Source: Octopus sinensis
Taxonomy: Eukaryota
Assembly (NCBI RefSeq): GCF_006345805.1
Contig: NC_043007.1
Location: 60,388,001 to 60,452,000, forward strand
Direction: 5' to 3'
DNA: 64,000 nt
Numbering within the stretch: the stretch's first letter is position 1; each line of letters opens with the position of its first letter. Positions 54,927 to 64,000 of the stretch are shown in pieces. A program made the translations under genes and the position numbers. The notes beneath the pieces were generated by a model, which worked only from the letters and a program-made list of their open reading frames with translations, searched no databases and was not told the origin of the DNA.

Positions 54927-56650
54927 GTAATAATATTTCACATTCTTCAAAGATATTTTCTGAAGTTTACATCAAATGTTGAGTGAATGTTGTTGAACTT
55001 GTACTATTAGTATGAAGAAACAAATACTGCTTAAGTTTGTTGGGCATTGGTAAGTACCCCAGCTTAATTCCAGACAGTTCTTATAACATCTAAATAAGTT
55101 TTCACTTCAACATTACCAGTGTAATTTCCATATTTCTATTGAGGTATATATTTCTGTTGATATATGTATACACATATTGTCAATGAATCATATATCCGAA
55201 AAAGAAGCACACACTAAAGTATTTAAAGTAAAGGCTTTAGAGTCTGACAATACATCTATGGAGTTAAGCTCTTTTTGGATGTGAAACCATTGGTCACTTT
55301 ATGACCAGACAGACTTCACTACATATATAAATATATTCTTTTATATGGTTCAGCCCTAAGGCTGTGTTCATTCTGGGGCACTGTCAATGTAATCACCTTT
55401 TAATTGGTTGATTCTATGTGACTGGCTTTTGGTGAAGGAGGGAGTGTGATACCACTGCCCTCTTTTGAGTTTCCTGCCTTGATATTGGTTCATCTGAGAT
55501 TTTGGATAGCAAGAGGTCAAGTTGTTTCTTGAAAACATCTACCCCGACTCCCTAAGATGCTTCGGCAAGGCATTAAATAGCTGCAGTCCCTTGAATCCCA
55601 AGCAATTGCAGTACATGGTCCTTGCCTTAGATGAGACAGCTGGGACTTTTGAAACAGTGCAGTGACGTCCAATTCAAGGTCTGGTATAACTCTCAAGTCC
55701 AAAGTTTGGTGCCAGCCCCTCCAGTATCTTTCACACATATATCACTGCATACCTCTCCTGTTTTCGCTTCAGGGAGTAGAGACTTAGCCCTCTCAGTCTC
55801 TCCCAGTTGTTCAGCTGTTCCATTGATGCAATCTTCTTCATGTAGCATCGCTGAACCACCTCAAGTTCTGCTATTAATCCTACACTGTAAGGTGACTACA
55901 GTTGAGAGCAGTAGTCCAGATGGCTGAGGATAAATGTCCTCCATAGGACCAGCATAGTTTCCTGGTTCCTTGTTCTGAAGGTTCTCAGAATCCAGCCAGC
56001 CATTCACCTGCACACTGCCACCATCTTGGTGATATGCATGTCAAACAAGGCATCGTTGCTCATATCAATCCCAAGATCACACGCGATTCTAGGATTGCCG
56101 CTCCTTTTGGTCTGGAGTATCATTGTTGTATATCTAGGCTTACCTCCCACTCCCTAATCCTGTCCCCTAGGCCCTGTGCCACTGCATCATTGCTCTTCGC
56201 TAGCTTCCAACCTGTGTGTTCCACCCATGCCCTGTCTCATTGCGTATGCCCAGCACTTTGCCATCATCTCTATCCTACTGTCTCCCTCTCTCTCTCTCTC
56301 TCTCTCTCCCTCCCTCCTTGTCACTTCACCTGGATTCCAGCTTAACTCTTCTCTCTTACTCCAAAGCCAAGAAGAAGCTCTTGACTTTAAATATAAATGA
56401 GAAACCACCAAGTGGATTCCTTGTATGCTAAAAATAGACATCAAGCCGTCCTACCCTGAAAAATGTGTTATTTTTTATGGTAGGACAGTTTGACATCTAT
56501 TTTTAGCATATATGGGATCCACTTAGTGGTCTCTCCCCTTATTTATATCTAAATATGATTTGCAGTCCCTGGACATTTTTTACGTATGCTGACCAGTGGT
56601 TTCAATTGGTATTATTTAATATTAATGTCTACCCTTATTACATATATATA

Positions 56651-56783
56651 GGCGCAGGAGTGGCTGTGTGGTATGTAGCTTGCTTACCAACCACATGGCT
56701 CCGGGTTCAGTCCCACTGCGTAGCACCTTGGGCAAGTGTCTTCTACTACAGCCTCGGGCCAACCAAAGTCTTGTGAGCCTGTC

Positions 56784-56835
<52 letters not shown>

Positions 56836-57075
56836 GTGTATATATATGTGTGTATATGTGTGTGTGTGTATATATATGTGTGTCTGTGTTTTCCCCCCAC
56901 CATCGCTTGACAACCGATGTTGGTGTGTTTACGTCACCATAACTTAGCAGTTCGGCAAAAGTGATCAATAGAATAAGTACTAGGCTTACAAAGAATAAGT
57001 CCCGGGGTCAATTTGCTCAACTAAAGGCGCTGCTCCAGTATGGCCACAGTCAAATGACTGAAACAAATAAAAGAA
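56651..57075 (+). mobile_element. Family A SINE with complete 5' end (GGCGCAGGAGTGGC...)
   Basis: Matches 3154-3550; a second partial copy lies at 57331-57480. Confidence 0.9.
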
Positions 57076-57098
57076 TATATATATATATATATATATAT

Positions 57099-57300
57099 AC
57101 TAGTATTATAACCCGATTTCATTCAAGTCTACTCGGGCCACATTTTAAAGATGACGAATTTTGCCCTAGTGGCCACGCCTTTCAATTGAACAAACTCAAA
57201 GTTTCCATGTACTCTTAACATAGGTGTACAAATTTTACTAACACTTTTGCATGCACAATGCTCGTGAGACAACGTCCGCCCGTTTCACAAATATATAGTA
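57099..57300 (-). mobile_element. Possible non-autonomous Helitron
   Basis: Reverse complement ends ...CGGGTTATAATACTAG|T with a CCCGA/TCGGG stem upstream and starts with CTATATAT. Confidence 0.4.
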
Positions 57301-58605
57301 AATATACACACACACACACACACACACACATGTGTGGTAAGCAGCTTGCTTACCAACTACATGATTCCGTGTTCAGTCCCACTGCGTGGCACCTTGGGCA
57401 AGTGTTTTCTACTATAGCCTCGGGCCAACCAAAGTCTTGTGAGTGGATTTGGTAGACGGAAACTGGAAGAAGCCCGCCGTACACACACACACACTAAATC
57501 ACAAGTGTGAATGTTTGTGTTCAAAAGGAAGCTGGGAAATATCTGTGAGAATGAGAAATATAGCTAGAGAAGTGGGTTGCAAAACAGAAGAATGAGAGTT
57601 GCTAGACAGACGAACATTACAGGACAGGCATACAGGAGAAGATAACTCGCGTAACACCAATTTTTGTAGCATATCATAGTTGCAAGATCATTTAGATGTC
57701 AGTTAAAAGTTTAACATATTTAATGAGAGTGTAATGATTCTGTAAATCTGGCATCTGTGTATGAGAAAATAATGACGTACAGCCATATCTGACCATGAAG
57801 CTAATGGCTTGCATTGTTTTAGGTGTCAATGCTTTCCTGATTTCTCTCCCTTACATTTACGATATTATGATAATGTTGTTTACTAATATTTCTGTCTGTG
57901 ATATGTAATCCAAACCTCACTTACTGCATCAGATTAAAGAAACAAACTAACTGCTAATCTAACCTGTAAGCAAATCCACAGATTCTATTGGTGATATTTA
58001 AAGAAATATGTCAAGTTGTCAAATACAGCCTAGGTAATATGAAAAGAAGGCAGGTGCACCTATGCTTTTTGATTCCAGATAACCACAGTTGATAGCCATG
58101 CCAATTTCTCAATAAGCAGAAACTCTGCTCATGACTTTGTTGCTATTAACACTGCATCTTCAACAAATAAACAAACTCCATGAAGATTTTTCTTGTTGAA
58201 TAGATGACAAGATAAATGAAACAGCCTTTTAACCTTTTGTGCTTTACTCAGTACCTTAAAATGGGTCTTGTTGGAGCCTCTACAAGATCAAATGTCGGGT
58301 ATCATATGACATAGTGGTTGGATACTCCAGTAACAGATTCTAACGTCATCTTTTTCTAAAACAGTTAGCAGTCTCCAAGGTCAGATTGACACATGCAGTT
58401 TCTATTAAATCAGGCACATTTTTTCAATATGATAACATATCTTTATATATTTCTATGTATGAGAAGCAAGAATATTTTGAATAAAATGTCTGTTTATAAG
58501 ATTGTTGAATTGGTTGGAAACATAATTAATTGATGATGAAGATAATGTTAGCTCAAACAATTTTATAGAGAAAGAACTATCAATATTTCTGTAAAATTAT
58601 CCTAG

Positions 58606-58917
<312 letters not shown>

Positions 58918-59182
58918 TAACTAATTTGTGATAGATCTTAGTAATATCAATTTATTGTATTTTGAAAGTAAGGACTCATGAAAATTATGAATTCAAGTTA
59001 TACATATTAATACTTTTTTAAAGACACCAAAATTCATATACATTCTGGAATATGACAGAAGCTGTTCTCTGTACATTTTCTGTGCTTATAGCATCTGAGC
59101 ATTTGCCACAGACTAGTAGTTAGCGACTTCCATGGCATACATGGAGTCTATGGTTTTGGTTCCTGCGTTTGACATGGAGAAA

Positions 59183-61292
59183 GCTTATAGCACCTGAGCA
59201 TTTGCCACATACAAAAACTATCTTCCCAGTTAGCATTCCTTTGATATTGCTGCACCTCTTATGTGTCCATAGTACATCTTATGGAGTTTCTACCTATACC
59301 TTTTCTACAGATTGAGAAGAGCTATCTACCTGAAGGGATTTGTGGTTTGTCTGCCTTCCTACTTATTAAGACTTTGGTTTTAGCTAGGTTGAGCTTAAGG
59401 CCCTTCGATTCTAATCCTTGCTTCCACACCTGAAACTTTTCCTCTAGTTCTCATAGTGACTCAACAATTAGAACAAGATCATCAACATATAGGAACTCCC
59501 AGGGGCATCTTACCTTGAATTCCTCTGTTATTGCCTGGAGGGCTATCCCTAGTTCATCTATTCATCTATCCCTAGTTTCCTCATTGACCACCAGATAAAG
59601 GATCAGAGGACCCTGTCAAAGGCTTTCTCCATGTCAACGAAAGCCAGGTACAGAGGTTTATCTTTGGTTCGGTATTTCTCTTTCGGCTGTCTTACCAGAA
59701 ATATAGCATCAGTAGTTCTTTGCCCTGGCATAAACCCAAACTGCTTCTCATCTAGACTGACTCTCCCCCTAATTAGTTGGGCTTTGACCCTCTCCATGAC
59801 CTTCATTATCTGATCCAAGAACTTGATACCTCTATAATTATTTGTATCTAAAGCATCACCTTTACCTTTGTAGCAGTTGACTATGGTGCTGCTACACCAG
59901 TCATTGGGTATGACTCCATGTATCACCTGGTTAACTATACAGGTGACTAGGCTATAGCCAACACCTCCAGATATTTTGAGCATTTCTGTGGTGATTCCTG
60001 ATGGGCCAGGGGGCTTTCCCTCTCTTCATACCCTTAATTGCTTTATCTACGAAGATACTGTCAATTCAGATAGCTGGTCCCTCTGTTGGGTTATTTGGCA
60101 GACTTTCTCTCTCCTTGCAGCCTCATTAAATGCAAGTGAACCATCATCCATGCGGACACATTTCTCTCCTACGACATCACAATTCTCTCTCACACACTCT
60201 TGCAACACGAAATACCTCAGGTCTTTGGTCCTCATAGGACATAACGTTGGCAGATGTTTTTCTTATCTGCTTTCACTCTGGCTAAATAAACCTGTCTCCT
60301 AGCTTCCCTTCTGTCAGTCTGATACAATTCCCTGCTACCACCATTCTTCCAGTCTTTCCAAGCCTCTCTCTTTTCTCTAATAGCCCTGTCAACAATATTG
60401 TTCCACCACCATGTTACCTTGGATTGAGAGGGGACTTTGCCCCATCCACAGATCTGGTCAGTGGCCTTCAGCAGGTTTTCCTGTAGATACCTCCAGTTGT
60501 CTTCCACATCATGTGATGCTATACCCCCTTCTATTTCGTCAAAGGCTTCAAGTAATATGTCTCTAAATCTCAGTTCATTCACAGGATCTTTAAGCTTCCA
60601 GGCCATTCTCCTCCATGCTGGTCGTCTTCTAGACATCTATTTAGCCCTGATCCTGAAGTCGCTAACTACTAGTCTGTGTTGTGGAGTACATTCTTCACCT
60701 GGGAAGATTTTGGCATTTATAAGCAGCCATCTTTCCCTTTTTCTGGCGAGGATGTAGTCAATTTGGCTAGTGCGTCTGCCAGAACAGTAGGTGACTAGGT
60801 GACTTGCAGCTTTCCTGAAGTTAGTATTGCAAACCATAACATCATTTGCATTGCAGAACTCCAGCAGCCTGGTTCCCTCCTCCTCATCATCATCATCATT
60901 TAACGTCCGTTTTCCATGCTGGCATGGGTCGGACAGTTTGACTGGGGTTTGGAAGCTGCACCAGGCCCCAGTCTGATCTGGCAATGTTTCTACAGCTAGA
61001 TTCTCTTCCCAACACCAACCACTCTGAGAGTGTAGTGGGTGCTTTTTATGTGCCACCGGCACAAGGGGCCTAAGAGGCTGGCATCAACCACAATTGGATG
61101 ATGCTTTTTATGTGCCACCATCACAAAAGCCAGTCAATGGCACTGGCATCAGCCACGTTCGGATGGTGCTCTTTACCTGCTACTGGCACGGGGCTCACAA
61201 CTACAATTTCCATTTGATTTGATGTTGATATCGCTGATGATGTACTTGACTCAATAGGTCTCCTCAAGCACCAGGTGACTTTTGGCCAACCC

Positions 61293-61336
<44 letters not shown>

Positions 61337-61750
61337 TATACTCACACATACATACGCACACATAGAAGCTAGTACCAATGTCATCAAAAATGATAGTTTT
61401 TGACATATGACCCAATTGGTAAATATCTTATCTAAAGCTTCACATTTATTTTAATTGTAAAATCATATCAATAATTTGAAAAAGTGATAGTGCATGTCAT
61501 GCTGAAAATGATGGGTTACAATAGTATATAAGCATGTAGGCAATTGTACCATCAAGGATGACAGCTTTTTGGCTTACCATACTTTTACCTGTTCACTGAA
61601 CAGTTTATTGGCAGTAATAAAAACGCAGGAACCAAAACCATAGACTCCATGTATGCCATGGAAGCCCCCTGCATGTTGTCCAACATGTCCATTGAAGTTT
61701 TTCTGTCCATCAGGTAGCCCTGGTATAGGTCAAGATAATGGTTGCTAACC
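59183..61750 (-). mobile_element. RTE-clade LINE (endonuclease + RT), deleted internally and interrupted at about 60884-61620
   Basis: FNGHVG...HGVYGFGS (61621-61700), GTRLLEFC, SQIDYIL, YKGKGDALDTNNYRGIK, QFGFMPG, LAFVDMEKAFDRV and LYVDDLVLI. Confidence 0.92.
60884..61290 (-). mobile_element. Family B retroposon inserted in the RTE
   Basis: Homologous to 51992-52690. Confidence 0.85.
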
Positions 61751-61961
61751 CATGATGTAGCACTAATCTTAATCTTAGGGATTATATATATATGTATTTT
61801 TATATGTATATATATATATAAAATAAAAAATATATGCGCCCTTTTAAAGCCTAGCCAGGCTCATGGGCCCGGTTTCCCATTTTCCATGGCATATGTGTTC
61901 CCCAGCTGGACGGGACACCAGTCCATCGCAGCGCTACTCATTTTTGCCAGCTGAGTGGACT

Positions 61962-62532
61962 GTATATGTATATATATATGTGCATGTATATGTATTTATA
62001 TATATGTATATATATGTGTGTATGTTTATGTATTTATATATATATGTATATATATATGTGTGTATGTATATGTATTTATATATATGTATTTATATATATG
62101 TATATATATATGTGTGTATGTATTTGTATTTATATGTATATATGTATGTGTATGTATATGTATTTATATATATGTGTATGTATATGCATTTATATATAAG
62201 TATATGTATATGTATTTATATATAAGTATATGTATATGTATTTATATATATGTATATATATGTGTATGTATATGTATATATATATATGTATATGTATTTA
62301 TATGTATATGTATTTATGTATGTATATATATATGTATATATGTGTATGTATATGTATTTCTATATATGTTTGTGTATGTATATGTATTTCTATGTATGTA
62401 TATGTATTTATATATATTTATGTATGTGTATATGTATTTATATATATTTATGTATGTGTATATGTATTTATATATATTTATGTATGTATATATGTGTGTG
62501 TATATATGTGTGTGTATATATATATATATATA

Positions 62533-62565
<33 letters not shown>
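61962..62565. repeat. ~600-bp compound (TA/TG) low-complexity microsatellite
   Basis: Directly visible; source of the spurious Y/I/V/M/C ORFs. Confidence 0.95.
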
Positions 62566-62879
62566 CTTATATAATAAAGCTCAATGTCTGTGTATCTGTA
62601 TATCTACAGGACAAAAGTGAATAGAAGATACATAAAAACAAATTATGTGTTCTCATGTAAAATTTTACGAGAAAGACGATGAGCTACATAAAATTTACTT
62701 TCCATTGCGTTTAGTGGGCTTCAAGCAAGGCAAACACCAGTTGTGAAATTTCAAATACCTCCGATTTCAATGAAAATAACAACATATCTACTAGAGACTA
62801 AATGAAGACGATTTCCAAAATTTCGCTATCTTACAATATTATTTACCCCACCCTCCCGATGTATATTTATATGCATGTG

Positions 62880-63380
62880 TATGTCGGTGGCATGTAAAAA
62901 GCGCCATCCGAATCGTGGCCGAAGCCAGTGCCGCCTCGACTGGCTTCCGTGCAGGTGGCACGTAAAATGCACCAATCCGACCGTGGCCGATGCCAGCCTC
63001 GCCTGGCACCAGTGCAGGTGGCACGTAAAAAGCACCCACTACACTCACGGAGTGGTTGGCGTTAGGAAGGGCATCCAGCTGTAGAAACATTGCCAGATAA
63101 GACCGGAGCCTGGTGCAGCCTTCTGGCTTCCCAGATCCCCGGTCGAACCGTCCAACCCATGCTAGCATGGAGAACGGACGTTAAACGATGATGATGATGA
63201 TGATGATATATATGTGCCAGTGGCACTCACGGAGTCGTTGGCATTAGGAAGGGCATCCAGCTGTAGAAACACTGCCAGATCAGACTGGGCCTGGTGCAGC
63301 CGCCTGGCTTCCCAGACCCCGGTTAAACTGTCCAACCCATGCTAGTATGGAAAGCGGACGTTATATGATGATGATGATAT
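62880..63380 (+). mobile_element. Two tandem family B retroposon 3' parts
   Basis: Both end in CGGACGTTA...(ATG)n; reverse complement of the 51992 type. Confidence 0.85.
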
Positions 63381-63750
63381 ATATACTTGTATATACATAT
63401 ATATATATATATATATATAAGTATGTATATGTCTATGTGTATATATATGTATGTGTGTGTGTATATATATATATGCATCTGGTTGTAAAACAATGCCTGA
63501 AATAACAAGGAAAACTAGACAAAACAAACAGAACAAATGAATGACCTTTGAAAAATGACCCCCTACTCTGCTCAAGCAGGAACCTCCAGAATAAAGATGG
63601 CCAGTTGAATGCCAGTGGGAATGCAATAAATTCAAGCACAATGTGTTACCAATCTGGATGGAGACACATTCAAGGAATTTCTTTTGTTTTATTCAATCTA
63701 AATTTTTATCATATAAATAATAATTTTTATCATTTTGTTTATTTTTCCAG

Positions 63751-63964
63751 GACAGTCCCCTGAAAGCCATACAAATGCTTTGGGTCAACTTAATTATGGA
63801 CACTTTAGCATCCCTTGCTCTTGCAACAGAGCTCCCAACTGAAGAGCTGCTGAAAAGAAAACCATATGGAAGAACAAAAGCTCTTATTTCTAGAACAATG
63901 ATGAAAAATATTATAGGTCATGCTATTTATCAATTAACTGTTATTTTTGTACTGCTGTTTGGAG
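63751..63964 (+). CDS. ATP2B: PMCA exon TM6-TM7 ([27 protein letters not shown]...VLLFG); gene continues beyond the window
   Basis: tttccag acceptor, gtaagt donor; [10 protein letters not shown] motif. Confidence 0.98.
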
Positions 63965-64000
63965 GTAAGTAACACTTTAATATACATATATATATACTCC

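Noticed and set aside
55300-56500. GC-richer block with several short ORFs
   Set aside because: No recognisable motif; probably a decayed repeat, cannot be classified from the sequence alone.
61863-62624. 221-aa and overlapping Y/I/V/C/M-rich ORFs
   Set aside because: Translation of TA/TG microsatellite.

Overview
AT-rich eukaryotic genomic DNA, most likely an octopus or related coleoid cephalopod (inferred from the SINE families and TA/CA microsatellites, not verified). The whole window appears to lie inside one plus-strand gene, a plasma-membrane Ca2+-ATPase (PMCA/ATP2B, P2B-type). Eleven exons (36820-63964) splice in frame via GT-AG introns and carry PEGL, DKTGT, KGASE, TGDN and GDGTND. 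The first 36.8 kb is the intron at the PMCA 'splice site A' position. It contains a stretch of about 5 kb with few transposons, frame-preserving candidate microexons and clustered TGCATG motifs. Introns carry many SINEs, decayed LINEs (RTE, CR1-like, HERO-like) and DNA transposons (mariner, maT/Tc1, hAT, Chapaev3-like, MITEs). The most striking item is a single insertion at 2717-3550 flanked by a 10-bp target-site duplication. It joins an antisense fragment of a strongly divergent but structurally compensated 28S rRNA to a young SINE. Also notable is a patchwork of inverted templated insertions at 59084-59209.
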